From: Rhodobacterales bacterium
GTDB taxonomy: Bacteria; Pseudomonadota; Alphaproteobacteria; Rhodobacterales; Rhodobacteraceae
DNA: 50,674 nt
NCBI GenBank assembly: GCA_038320125.1
Contig: JBBQDX010000001.1
Span: 1-50,674, forward strand
Direction of reading: 5' to 3'
Both the position numbers and the translations under genes were made by a program. Below are positions 10,964-20,075 of the stretch, in pieces. How positions within the stretch are numbered: the first letter of the stretch is position 1; every line of letters begins with the position of its first letter. The notes beneath the pieces are model-generated. The model searched no databases. It saw only the letters and a list, made by a program, of their open reading frames with translations, and was not told the DNA's origin.

Positions 10964-11530
10964 ATGTTTTATCGCGACGAGCGTCTTGCGCTCTTTATTG
11001 ACGGCTCGAATCTTTACGCTGCTGCGAAGGCTCTGTCATTTGACATAGATTACAAGCTCTTGCGTCAAGAGTTTGTCCGACGGGGGAAGCTGCTTCGGGC
11101 ATTCTATTACACCGCCCTCCTCGAGTCGGAGGAATACTCGCCCATTCGGCCCCTCGTCGACTGGTTGCAATACAACGGCTTCACCATGGTCACCAAACCG
11201 GCGAAGGAGTTCACGGACAGCCAGGGCCGCCGCAAGGTCAAGGGCAACATGGACATCGAACTGGCCGTCGACGCGCTCGAAACGGCGGCCCACGTGGATC
11301 ACATCGTCATCTTCTCGGGCGACGGCGACTTCCGCCCGCTCGTCGAGGCGCTGCAGCGCAAGGGCGTTCGCGTTTCCGTCTGCTCCACCATCCGTAGCCA
11401 GCCGCCGATGATCGCCGACGACCTGCGCCGCCAGGCCGACAACTTCATCGAACTCGACGACCTGCGCGAGGTGATCGGCCGACCGCCGCGCGAGCGCGAG
11501 GCAGATACGCAGGCGCCGGCGGCGGGCTGA
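10964..11530 (+). CDS. NYN (LabA/DUF88, PIN-like) domain protein
   Basis: MFYRDERLALFIDGSNLY, KGNMDIELAVD, SGDGDF; GAGGA RBS upstream of ATG 10964. Confidence 0.92.
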   Translation: MFYRDERLALFIDGSNLYAAAKALSFDIDYKLLRQEFVRRGKLLRAFYYTALLESEEYSPIRPLVDWLQYNGFTMVTKPAKEFTDSQGRRKVKGNMDIELAVDALETAAHVDHIVIFSGDGDFRPLVEALQRKGVRVSVCSTIRSQPPMIADDLRRQADNFIELDDLREVIGRPPREREADTQAPAAG

Positions 11531-11550
11531 GGGGGGGCGCGTGGCTGGCG

Positions 11551-12006
11551 CTAGCGCCCGATCTTGAACGGCGCCATCCCGGCGCGGGCGAGTGCATCCG
11601 CGCGTTCGTTCTCGACGTGACCGGCATGGCCCCTGACCCATTCCCAGGTGACCTTGTGCCGCGCCGCGGCAGTGTCCAGCCGGCGCCAGAGATCCTCGTT
11701 CTTCACGGGTTTGCGCGTCGACGTCTTCCAGCCATTGCGCTTCCAGCCCTGCAGCCATCCGGTGATGCCCCCCTTCACGTAGGCGCTGTCGGTCATCACC
11801 GTCAGTTCCGACGGCCGCTCGAGCGCCTCGAGCGCCGAGATCGCCGCCATCAGTTCCATGCGGTTGTTCGTCGTCTCCGCCTCGCCGCCCTTCAGCTCCC
11901 GCTCCCTCACCACCCCGCCGTCCCGGGTTGCCACGAGCAGCGCGCCCCAGCCGCCAGGGCCGGGATTCCCGCTGCACGCCCCGTCGGTATAGGCCACCAG
12001 CCGCAT
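11551..12006 (-). CDS. rnhA: Ribonuclease HI
   Basis: [44 protein letters not shown]; start overlaps the upstream stop (TGATG). Confidence 0.97.
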   Translation of the reverse strand: MRLVAYTDGACSGNPGPGGWGALLVATRDGGVVRERELKGGEAETTNNRMELMAAISALEALERPSELTVMTDSAYVKGGITGWLQGWKRNGWKTSTRKPVKNEDLWRRLDTAAARHKVTWEWVRGHAGHVENERADALARAGMAPFKIGR

Positions 12007-12461
12007 CAGAAGGCGATCGGCGCGAGGCAGAGGAGCACCCCGGACGTCAGGATCAGCCGCAGCTTCATCCACCAGCGCGGCGCCAGCCCCTGTCGCCAGA
12101 ACATGAAGTCGAGACCGAGGAGGCCGACGAATCCCGCCATCAGCGACAGCCCCGCCGACGCCGGTCCGCCGCCCGTCAGGAAGAACGCCCAGAGGGCGGG
12201 CAGCACCGACAGCGCATAGCCGGACGCCGCCACGGCGCCTTCGGCTTTCGTGGCGAAGCCCCACAGGACACCGGACATGAAGCTGAGGATGATCGCGCCG
12301 TAGAACAGGCCGACGTAGGGCCCGACGAACCGCGGGCCCACCCACGCCTGCGTCAGCGCCGCGGCGGGCTCCGACCACATCGTCACCACGCCCCAGGCGA
12401 ACGGCAGCAGCCCGGCGAGGCCGAGCCAGAGGGCGGAACGGGGGACGGCGGCGGCGAACAT
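12006..12461 (-). CDS. DUF3429 family membrane protein
   Basis: [33 protein letters not shown]. Confidence 0.85.
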   Translation of the reverse strand: MFAAAVPRSALWLGLAGLLPFAWGVVTMWSEPAAALTQAWVGPRFVGPYVGLFYGAIILSFMSGVLWGFATKAEGAVAASGYALSVLPALWAFFLTGGGPASAGLSLMAGFVGLLGLDFMFWRQGLAPRWWMKLRLILTSGVLLCLAPIAF

Positions 12462-12523
12462 GCGCGGCAGATGCCACGCCGCAGGCCGGCGCGAAACCCG
12501 AATGTTGACCGAACGCTGAAGCG

Positions 12524-13138
12524 TCAGGCCCGTTCGAGCGCCAGCCGGCCCGCCAGCGCCGCGAAGACCGCGGCGAAGCTCCGGTTGAGCCAGGCCATCG
12601 CCCGTTTGCTCGACAGGACGCGGTCGCGGAACGTTCCGGCGAAGAGGCCGTAGAGCACGAAGATGGCCAGCGTCATCGCCATGAACACCCCGCCGAGCAC
12701 CGCCATCTCGCGCGTTGCCGTGACGGCATCGCCCGACAGGAAGGGCGGCAGCAGCGCGAGAAAGAAGATCGACAGCTTCGGGTTCAGGATATTAAGCAGC
12801 ATTCCCCGCCAGGCGATCCGGACTAGCGAGCCTGCCCCCCGGTCGGCCCGCACCGCCACCGCGCCGGTCTGCCGCAGCGCGCCCCAGGCCATCCAGAGCA
12901 GATAGGCCACCCCCGCGAACTTGACCGCATGAAAGAGCAGCGCCGAAGTATGCAGCACCGCCGCCAGCCCGAGCGTTGCCGCGAGCAGCGCCGGCACGAT
13001 CCCGAGGGTGCAGCCGAAGGCCGCCGCCATCGCTGCCGCCCTTCCCCGGCCAAGGCCCATGGCCAGCGTGTAGACGACGCCCGTGCCGGGGGCTGCGACG
13101 ACCAGCAGCGCGGTCACGAGGAACTGAAGCGTGATCAT
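12524..13138 (-). CDS. LysE/RhtB family translocator
   Basis: [20 protein letters not shown]; hydrophobic helices. Confidence 0.92.
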   Translation of the reverse strand: MITLQFLVTALLVVAAPGTGVVYTLAMGLGRGRAAAMAAAFGCTLGIVPALLAATLGLAAVLHTSALLFHAVKFAGVAYLLWMAWGALRQTGAVAVRADRGAGSLVRIAWRGMLLNILNPKLSIFFLALLPPFLSGDAVTATREMAVLGGVFMAMTLAIFVLYGLFAGTFRDRVLSSKRAMAWLNRSFAAVFAALAGRLALERA

Positions 13139-13526
13139 GGCGGGCACCGGGCTATCGTGAATGCCCGATCAATTTCCACAAGTGCGGAGCGAGTGTCTAC
13201 CCTGCCATGCGAGACCGCCGGCCGCGACCGTGACCGCGGATCGGCCGGCCGCGGTTTCGCGCGGGCTGGCTGAACCGGCAGGGGGAAGATGCCGGCAGCG
13301 GCTGCCCGCAGGTGAACCCGAACGCCCCTGGCGCCCGCCTCTGGCCCCCGCGATCCGAAGCCTTGCGCCGGGGACGGGCCGTTCCGGGTCTTCACGCTCT
13401 GATAGCCGTCTCGCTGCGGCATCCGCAATCTCGGAGCTATGGATCCATTCGGACGGCAGGTATCGGGGGGGCCGACGGGCTTCCTCCTCCCTGCCGCCCG
13501 GAGGACGGCAAACGAACGTCGGCGCT

Positions 13527-14477
13527 TCAGCCGGCGTCCCGCAGCGTCCGCGGCACCTTGAACTCGACGTGTTCCTCCGCCGTCACCACGTCGCGGACAG
13601 CCACCTCGTAGCGCGCCCGGAAAGCGTCCATGACCTCGTCGATCAGCACTTCGGGCGCACTCGCCCCGGCCGTGATGCCTACCGACCGGATGCCGTCCAG
13701 CGCCCGCCAGTCGATATCCGCCGCCCGCTGCACGAGCTGGGCATAGGCGCAGCCCGCCTTGGCCCCCACTTCCACCAGCCGCCGGGAGTTCGAGGAGTTC
13801 GGCGCCCCCACCACCAGGATCGCGTCGCAGTCCGGGGCCATCGCCTTCACCGCATCCTGCCGGTTGGTGGTGGCGTAGCAGATGTCCTCCTTGTGCGGCC
13901 CGACGATCGCGGGAAACCGCGCCCTGAGGGCGGCGACCATGTCGCCCGTGTCATCCACCGACAGCGTCGTCTGCGTGATGAAGGCGAGGCGGTCCGGATC
14001 GCGCGGCGCCAGCCGGTCCACGTCCTGCGGGGTCTCGACCAGCAGCACCTCGCCCTCGGGGAGCTGCCCCATCGTGCCCACCGTCTCGGGATGGCCGGCA
14101 TGACCGATCATCACCATCTGCAAGCCGTTCTCGTGATGCCGCGCCGCCTCGATATGGACCTTGCTCACCAGCGGACAGGTCGCGTCCACGAAGATCATCT
14201 CACGCCGCGCGGCCTCCGCCGGCACCGATTTCGGCACGCCGTGCGCGGAGAAGATCACCGGCCGGTCGGGCGGACAATCGTCGAGGTCCTCGACGAAGAC
14301 CGCCCCCTGATCGCGCAGTACATCGACCACGAAGCGGTTGTGCACGATCTCGTGGCGCACGTAGACCGGCGCGCCCCATTTCGCCAGCGCCAGCTCGACG
14401 ATCTTGATGGCGCGGTCGACGCCCGCACAAAACCCGCGCGGCGCGGCCATGTAAAGGGTCAGGGGGGGCTTGGTCAT
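13527..14477 (-). CDS. ispH: 4-hydroxy-3-methylbut-2-enyl diphosphate reductase
   Basis: [46 protein letters not shown]. Confidence 0.98.
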   Translation of the reverse strand: MTKPPLTLYMAAPRGFCAGVDRAIKIVELALAKWGAPVYVRHEIVHNRFVVDVLRDQGAVFVEDLDDCPPDRPVIFSAHGVPKSVPAEAARREMIFVDATCPLVSKVHIEAARHHENGLQMVMIGHAGHPETVGTMGQLPEGEVLLVETPQDVDRLAPRDPDRLAFITQTTLSVDDTGDMVAALRARFPAIVGPHKEDICYATTNRQDAVKAMAPDCDAILVVGAPNSSNSRRLVEVGAKAGCAYAQLVQRAADIDWRALDGIRSVGITAGASAPEVLIDEVMDAFRARYEVAVRDVVTAEEHVEFKVPRTLRDAG

Positions 14478-14702
14478 GGGCATCTCTCCTGTCCGTCACC
14501 TAGAGATCGCGGCGGGCGGCGTCCAGCGGGCGGCGATCGTCCCCCATGCGGATATCCCGGAGGGGCCGCGCAGGTCCTGGACGACGCCACGACGATGGTC
14601 GGGTCACAAACGGGGCGGAGGAAAGTCTTGAACCCAATCGCCGGCCATGCGGTGTCACGGCTGCCCGGCGCCGCGGCCGGATCTGTCGGCGGCGGGCCGA
14701 TC

Positions 14703-15632
14703 TCAGACATCCAGCCGGTCGCCGGGAGCGAGGCGCGCGCCGCGTCGGAAGTCCGCCCCGGAGGCGGGCAACCTGCCTGCCGCCTGAACCTCCAGCAGCT
14801 CCAGCGCCCCGCCGCCCGTGCCCACCACGAGGCCGGGTGCGTCGCAGAGGACGCCCGGACCCGCTTCGCCCTTTTCCTCCGCAGCTCCGACCGGAATCGC
14901 TCGCAGCAGCTTCAGGCGCTGGCCGTCCCGTTCCACAAACGCCCCCGGAAACGGCGACAGCCCGTTGATGCGCCGCGCCAGCGTCACCGCGTCCCAGCGG
15001 AGATCGACGCGCGCCTCGGCCTTGTCGATCTTGGCGGCATGCGTGATGCCGTCGGCCCCCTGCGCGACGGGCGAGAGCCGCGCGATCTGCTCGACCGCCC
15101 GCAAGGCGAGGCGCGCGCCCATCGCCGACAGCCGGTCGTGCAGGTCTCCGGTCGTGTCGGACGCGCCGATGTCCGTCGTCTCGCGCAGCAGCACCGGCCC
15201 GGTGTCGAGCCCGGCCTCCATCGCCATGATGCAGACGCCGGTGCGCGCGTCGCCCGCCATGACCGCCCGGTGGATCGGGGCCGCCCCCCGCCAGCGCGGC
15301 AAGAGCGAGGCATGGACGTTGATGCAGCCATGGGCGGGCGCGTCCAGCACCATCTGAGGAAGCAGAAGCCCGTAGGCGACGACGACGGCAAGGTCCGCAC
15401 CCAGCGCCACGAAGTCCGCCTGCACCGCGTCGGATTTCAGCGAGATCGGGCATCGCACCTCGACCCCCAGCGCCTCCGCCCGGGCCTGAACCGGCGAGGG
15501 CCGGTCCTTCTTGCCGCGGCCGGCCGGCCGGGGGGGCTGCGAATAGACGGCGACGATCTCCTGGCCAGCGCCGGCCAGAGCATCGAGGACAGGCACGGCG
15601 AAATCGGGCGTTCCCATGAAGATCAGGCGCAT
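14703..15632 (-). CDS. fmt: Methionyl-tRNA formyltransferase
   Basis: [39 protein letters not shown]. Confidence 0.97.
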   Translation of the reverse strand: MRLIFMGTPDFAVPVLDALAGAGQEIVAVYSQPPRPAGRGKKDRPSPVQARAEALGVEVRCPISLKSDAVQADFVALGADLAVVVAYGLLLPQMVLDAPAHGCINVHASLLPRWRGAAPIHRAVMAGDARTGVCIMAMEAGLDTGPVLLRETTDIGASDTTGDLHDRLSAMGARLALRAVEQIARLSPVAQGADGITHAAKIDKAEARVDLRWDAVTLARRINGLSPFPGAFVERDGQRLKLLRAIPVGAAEEKGEAGPGVLCDAPGLVVGTGGGALELLEVQAAGRLPASGADFRRGARLAPGDRLDV

Positions 15633-16114
15633 CGGGCGGCCCTTTTCAGCAGCATGTCGCGTCTCAGTTTCGACAGGCGGTGGAAATACATGCGGCCGTC
15701 GAGATGATCGATCTGATGTTGCACGCTGGTCGCGCGCAGCAGCACGAAATCCGCTTCGCGGGGTTCCCCGGCCTCGTCGAGATACGAAACGGTCACGGCG
15801 CGCGGGCGCCAAACCCGGGCGGAGACGCCGGGCAGGTTCGGCGAGGCCTCCTCGTGCGCGCGCATCTGGCCGCTGGCCTGCAGGATGCGCGGGTTCGCCA
15901 GATACGTCACACCCCGCCCGTCACCGGCATCCACCACCGCCAGACGCAGCATCACGCCCAGTTGCGGGGCCGCCAGACCGACGCCGGGCATGGCGTGCAT
16001 CGCCTCCACCATCTCGGCCCAGATGTCGCGCACGGCGTCGTCCACCGTTCCGACCATGGCCGCGGGTGTGCGAAGGCGAGGGTCGGGCCAGCGAAGAAAG
16101 GGGCGATGCGTCAT
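15623..16114 (-). CDS. Peptide deformylase-like protein, degenerate active site
   Basis: PDF fold motifs: GVGLAAPQ intact, but EGCLS is replaced by EASPN and HExDH by HQIDH; ATG at 16114; overlaps the fmt start by 10 bp. Confidence 0.85.
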   Translation of the reverse strand: MTHRPFLRWPDPRLRTPAAMVGTVDDAVRDIWAEMVEAMHAMPGVGLAAPQLGVMLRLAVVDAGDGRGVTYLANPRILQASGQMRAHEEASPNLPGVSARVWRPRAVTVSYLDEAGEPREADFVLLRATSVQHQIDHLDGRMYFHRLSKLRRDMLLKRAARCA

Positions 16115-16461
16115 TGCGCGTTGTTGACCGCTTGCGCCTCCGCCGTCCAGTGGGGGCGGCCGGAGGTTTTCCCGCGCAACCATCCAGGCAGTATCTGAGC
16201 AAAAGGAGGCACGCCCGGCGCGAACGTCCGCCCCCGATCCCGCCTGGCGCGGGATCGGACCGCGAGGACGGCAACGAGATCCGACCCCCGCACCGGGAGA
16301 CCCGCCCGCGCCGACATGCGCAAGCGAACGCCAGCCGCTTGGCGAGCCGTCGTCCATGCGCGCGCTGGACGCCGCCCGGCGGAAGAGAAGCTGCGGTCGC
16401 ACGGGAGGGCAGACGATCGATGACCGGGGCGAATCCGCGGCCACGGGATATCGGCCGCCGG

Positions 16462-16917
16462 TCAGCTGCCGTCGTCGGGCACCTCGGGGTGGTCGAGGAT
16501 CAGCACGCCGTCCAGATGGTCCATCTCGTGGCAGACGCAGGCCGCCGCGAAGCCGTCGAAGCTCTCGCTGCGCCGCCCCGCCACCCCATCGAACGTCAGC
16601 GTCACCCGTGCGGGGCGCGCGACGCGGCGGGGCACGCCGGGGATCGAGAGGCATCCCTCCTCGTTGACCTGACGCCCCTCCCGCGCGGTGATCTCGGGAT
16701 TCACGAAGACACGCGGATCGGGCAGGCCGTCCTTCCACGAACAATCCATCACGAAAAGGCGCGAGGTTACGCCCACCTGGGGTGCTGCCAGCCCGCGCCC
16801 GGGGGCGCCATACATCGTGTCGAGCATGTCGCGCGCGAGGTCCGTCACGTCGCCCGCGACCGGGGTGCAGCCCACGCGCAGGACCGGATCGGGGTGGACG
16901 ACGACGGCGAGGATCAT
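16462..16917 (-). CDS. def: Peptide deformylase (short paralogue)
   Basis: GRGLAAPQ, EGCLS and HEMDHLDG all present; ends shortly after motif 3. Confidence 0.9.
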   Translation of the reverse strand: MILAVVVHPDPVLRVGCTPVAGDVTDLARDMLDTMYGAPGRGLAAPQVGVTSRLFVMDCSWKDGLPDPRVFVNPEITAREGRQVNEEGCLSIPGVPRRVARPARVTLTFDGVAGRRSESFDGFAAACVCHEMDHLDGVLILDHPEVPDDGS

Positions 16918-16947
16918 GCGCGGGCCACTGCGCAGGTCGCGGGCGCG

Positions 16948-17466
16948 CTAGCCACGCGCCATCTCCCGCTTCAGCTTGACCATCTTGCGGGTGATCACCT
17001 GACGCCGCATCGCGCCGATCCGGTCGATGAAGAGCTTTCCGTCGAGATGGTCGATCTCGTGCTGCACACAAGTCGCCCAGAGGCCCGCCATCTCCTCCGT
17101 CCGCTCGGTTCCGGTCCCGTCGATCCAGCGGACCTTCACTTCAGCGGGGCGGGTCACGTCGGCGTAATGTTCGGGGATCGAGAGACATCCCTCCTCGTAG
17201 GTCGAGGTCTCGTCCGAGGCGGCAATCACTTCGGGATTGAACATGATCAGGGCGCGCGGCGCTTCGCCCTCCTTCTTGATGCAGTCGATGACGATGAGCC
17301 GCTCCAGCACACCGACCTGCGGTGCCGCCAGACCGATGCCCGGCGCGTCATACATCGTCTCGAGCATGTCGGCGGCGAGTTGCAAGCGCGAATCCGTCAG
17401 GTCGGACACCGGCGCGCTGGCCTGTTTGAGGCGCGGGTCGGGATGGAGGAGGATCGGTCGTTTCAT
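16948..17466 (-). CDS. def: Peptide deformylase (canonical)
   Basis: GIGLAAPQ, EGCLS, HEIDHLDG and a basic C-terminal helix. Confidence 0.96.
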   Translation of the reverse strand: MKRPILLHPDPRLKQASAPVSDLTDSRLQLAADMLETMYDAPGIGLAAPQVGVLERLIVIDCIKKEGEAPRALIMFNPEVIAASDETSTYEEGCLSIPEHYADVTRPAEVKVRWIDGTGTERTEEMAGLWATCVQHEIDHLDGKLFIDRIGAMRRQVITRKMVKLKREMARG

Positions 17467-17474
17467 CGGCGATC

Positions 17475-17525
17475 CATCTAGTTTGCGCGCCCCCACCTTG
17501 CAACCGGCGCGATGGCGGCTAGGGT
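17475..17525. promoter_or_regulatory. Putative divergent sigma70 promoters (def / malY) sharing a palindromic TTGCAA -35
   Basis: TTGCAA at 17498-17503; minus strand N17-TAGATG, plus strand N16-TAGGGT. Confidence 0.45.
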
Positions 17526-17549
17526 CGCGCCCTAAGAAGGAGTCCTTCC

Positions 17550-18746
17550 ATGCGCGATCACCCCTACATCGACCCCCGTTTCGACACCCTCATCGACCGC
17601 CGCGGCACGCATTGCGTCAAGTGGGACATGATGGAGAGCCTCTACGGTGTCCCGGCCGACGAGGGGCTGGCCATGTGGGTCGCCGACATGGATTTCCGCC
17701 CGCCGCAGGCCGTGCTGGACGCGGTGCGGACACAGCTGGACCACGGCATCGTCGGCTACTTCGGCAACGACGGCCCCTACCGCGACGCGGTCCGTTGGTG
17801 GATGCGGGAGCGTCACGGCTGGGAGGTCGACGCGGCGGCGATCTTCACGCCCCATGGTCTGGTGAACGGCGCGGCCATGTGCGTCGAGACCTGGACGGGA
17901 CCGGGCGACGGCGTGGTGCTTTTCACGCCAGTCTATCACGCCTTCGCCAAGGTCATCAAAGCGGGCGACCGCCGCGTGGTGGAATGCGAGCTCGCCTATG
18001 CGGACGGGCGCTATTCCTGCGATTTCGACGCGTGGGATTCCGTCGTCGGGACGGCGGGCGCGAAGATGATGATCCTCTGCTCGCCGCACAACCCGAACGG
18101 CCGGGTCTGGAGCCAGGCCGAGCTGGAGGGCTTCGCCGCTTTCGCGAAGCGCCACGAGCTGATCCTGGTGAGCGACGAGATCCATCACGACCTCGTCTAT
18201 CCGGGCAATACCCACATCCCGATGGCGAAGATTCCGGGGATCGAGGACCGGCTGGTGATGATGACCGCCACGACCAAGACGTTCAACATCGCAGGCGCCC
18301 ATGTCGGCAACGTCATCGTGCCTGACGAGGGTCTGCGGGCAGAGTTCGCCAAGCGCATGACGGCCCTCGGCCTGTCGCCGAACTCCTTCGGCCTCTTCAT
18401 GGCGACGGCGGCCTATTCGCCCGACGGGGCGGCGTGGGTGGACGACCTGATGGTCTACCTCGACGGCAACCGGAAGCTCTTCGACGCGGGCATCGACGCG
18501 ATCCCCGGCCTGCGCTCGGTCCCGCTCGAGGCGACCTACCTCTCCTGGGTCGACCTCGGCGGCACGGGGATGGAGCCTGCGGAGTTCACCCGGCGCGTCG
18601 AGCAGGGCGCGAAGATCGCCGTCAACCACGGGCCCACCTTCGGCAAGGGGGGCGAGGCCTTTTTGCGGTTCAACATCGCGACCCCCCGCGCGAACGTCGA
18701 GGCGGCGGTGGAGCGGATGCAGGCGGCGTTCGGCGACCTGCAATAG
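17550..18746 (+). CDS. MalY/PatB family PLP-dependent C-S lyase/aminotransferase
   Basis: MWVADMDF, LCSPHNPNGRVW, SDEIHHDL, TKTFNIAG (PLP Lys), FLRFNIA. Confidence 0.93.
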   Translation: MRDHPYIDPRFDTLIDRRGTHCVKWDMMESLYGVPADEGLAMWVADMDFRPPQAVLDAVRTQLDHGIVGYFGNDGPYRDAVRWWMRERHGWEVDAAAIFTPHGLVNGAAMCVETWTGPGDGVVLFTPVYHAFAKVIKAGDRRVVECELAYADGRYSCDFDAWDSVVGTAGAKMMILCSPHNPNGRVWSQAELEGFAAFAKRHELILVSDEIHHDLVYPGNTHIPMAKIPGIEDRLVMMTATTKTFNIAGAHVGNVIVPDEGLRAEFAKRMTALGLSPNSFGLFMATAAYSPDGAAWVDDLMVYLDGNRKLFDAGIDAIPGLRSVPLEATYLSWVDLGGTGMEPAEFTRRVEQGAKIAVNHGPTFGKGGEAFLRFNIATPRANVEAAVERMQAAFGDLQ

Positions 18747-18816
18747 GCCCGGTCGCGGGCGGGCCGGCGTGCCTGCTGAGGTGAAGCTTGGGAGCGGGTG
18801 GCTGGGATCCGGCGGT

Positions 18817-18852
18817 CTTGATCGGGAGTGAGGGCTTGATCGGGGGTAAGGG
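18817..18852. repeat. Two tandem 18-bp imperfect repeats
   Basis: CTTGATCGGGAGTGAGGG / CTTGATCGGGGGTAAGGG (16/18 identical). Confidence 0.7.
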
Positions 18853-18853
18853 A

Positions 18854-18870
18854 TGGTACCAGCGCCCCGG
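18854..18870 (-). repeat. 17-bp direct-repeat copy of the tRNA-His 3' end (att-like site)
   Basis: TGGTACCAGCGCCCCGG occurs at 18854-18870 and at 19230-19246 (tRNA T-stem/acceptor/CCA). Confidence 0.85.
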
Positions 18871-19229
18871 GCAGCACAGGGCGGCGTCGTTCCAGCGCAT
18901 GTCGCGGCAAGGTGGTGCGGACGCGCTGGTGATGGGTGACATTTTGCGGCGGATGGCAAGGGGCGAGACACGCGAGGGTAGTCTCGAAAGCATGGGCCGC
19001 ATCAAACGGTGCCTGATGCGATCGAGGGTGATTCAATCATCTACGTGATCGCATCGCCGGGAACCTGACCGCCGCGTGGCCATGCATCCACGGCCACGCG
19101 ATACGAACCTGAAATTGATTAACGCCGCCTAACACTTTATCTGGTATGCACACTATAAGCACACCCCAAAACAACTTACGTAGAAACCCCAGCGGATGGG
19201 TTCTAGGTCTCGAAAATTAAGGCATTTTC

Positions 19230-19306
19230 TGGTACCAGCGCCCCGGCTTGAACGGGGGACCTCCTGATCCACAATCAGGCGCTCTAACCAACTGAGCTAC
19301 GCCGGC
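19230..19306 (-). tRNA. tRNA-His (GTG)
   Basis: GCCGGCGTAGCTCAGTTGGTTAGAGCGCCTGATTGTGGATCAGGAGGTCCCCCGTTCAAGCCGGGGCGCTGGTACCA; cloverleaf with encoded CCA. Confidence 0.97.
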
Positions 19307-19317
19307 ACTTGCGCGCC

Positions 19318-19346
19318 GCTTTAGCGAACGGCCGGGCGGGGTGCAA
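19318..19346 (-). promoter_or_regulatory. Putative sigma70 promoter of tRNA-His
   Basis: TTGCAC-N17-TAAAGC, 11 bp upstream of the tRNA. Confidence 0.6.
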
Positions 19347-19358
19347 GAGTGCGGCACG

Positions 19359-19844
19359 TCACAGCGAAAGTTCCCAGTTCTGCTCGACCGTCGGCTGCCC
19401 ATAAGCCGTCACCTGCGTCTCATCCATGAGCGTGAAGCCGTTGCGCGCATAGAGCCGACCGGCGGCACGATGGCTTTCGTGGGTCCAGAGAACGACTCTC
19501 GACGCCGCGTTCGAACGCGCGTGATCAAGCAGGGCGTCGAGCAGGCACAGCGCGAGCCCGGTCCCGCGCATCTCCGGTTCCACGAGGAACATCCGCAGCC
19601 TGGCGGTGCACTCGTCGGGCCAGACGCAGAAGATGCATCCCTGCCTTACGCCGTCTGCATCCACTGCTATCCAGGCCCGATCCTTCGGGCCGCGATCCGC
19701 GATGAAATCGCCGAGGAGTCGCGCGACGAGCCCGTCGAACGCGATGCCGTAGGCTTCCTGCTTCCAGTAAAGTTCACCGTGTCGCATCACGACCCACCCT
19801 GCGTCGCCGGGTGCAAGGTCGCGGAGAGTGATATCATCGACCAT
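19359..19844 (-). CDS. GNAT family N-acetyltransferase
   Basis: PGDAGWVVMRHGELY, ARLRMFLVEP..RGTG, LWTHESHRAA..LY...GF; alternative start 19853. Confidence 0.88.
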   Translation of the reverse strand: MVDDITLRDLAPGDAGWVVMRHGELYWKQEAYGIAFDGLVARLLGDFIADRGPKDRAWIAVDADGVRQGCIFCVWPDECTARLRMFLVEPEMRGTGLALCLLDALLDHARSNAASRVVLWTHESHRAAGRLYARNGFTLMDETQVTAYGQPTVEQNWELSL

Positions 19845-19889
19845 GGCTGCCATCTTGCGCGAGGTGCCGCCGGTGTCTAGAGCGGGAAC

Positions 19890-20075
19890 ATGGGCATCAA
19901 CGACGAGACCGACGCCGAGGCGAACCTGCAGATCGGACCGACCGATCAGGGGATGGTCCGCCTTTTCGTGGAGAGCCGCGGCAAGGAGATCACGATGGAT
20001 TTCGAGCCCGACGAAGCGCTGGAGATCGCCGAGGAGATCCGCGCCGCCGCCGCCATGGCGGGTGCGAAGGGCTAG
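19890..20075 (+). CDS. Small conserved protein (DUF6324-like)
   Basis: MGIN..ANLQIGPTDQGMVR..MDFEPDEALEIAEEI; good codon usage. Confidence 0.75.
   Translation: MGINDETDAEANLQIGPTDQGMVRLFVESRGKEITMDFEPDEALEIAEEIRAAAAMAGAKG

Noticed and set aside
14618-14627. GAGGAAAGTC resembling the RNase P RNA 5' P4 motif
   Set aside because: The motif is incomplete, no matching 3' conserved segment is visible, and the ~220-bp spacer is too short.
13161-15707. 848-aa plus-strand ORF and similar long antisense/alternate-frame ORFs (e.g. 7529-9244, 24380-26920, 35376-37118, 37194-39215)
   Set aside because: They overlap well-supported genes, have no recognisable motifs and show R/G/P/A-biased composition.
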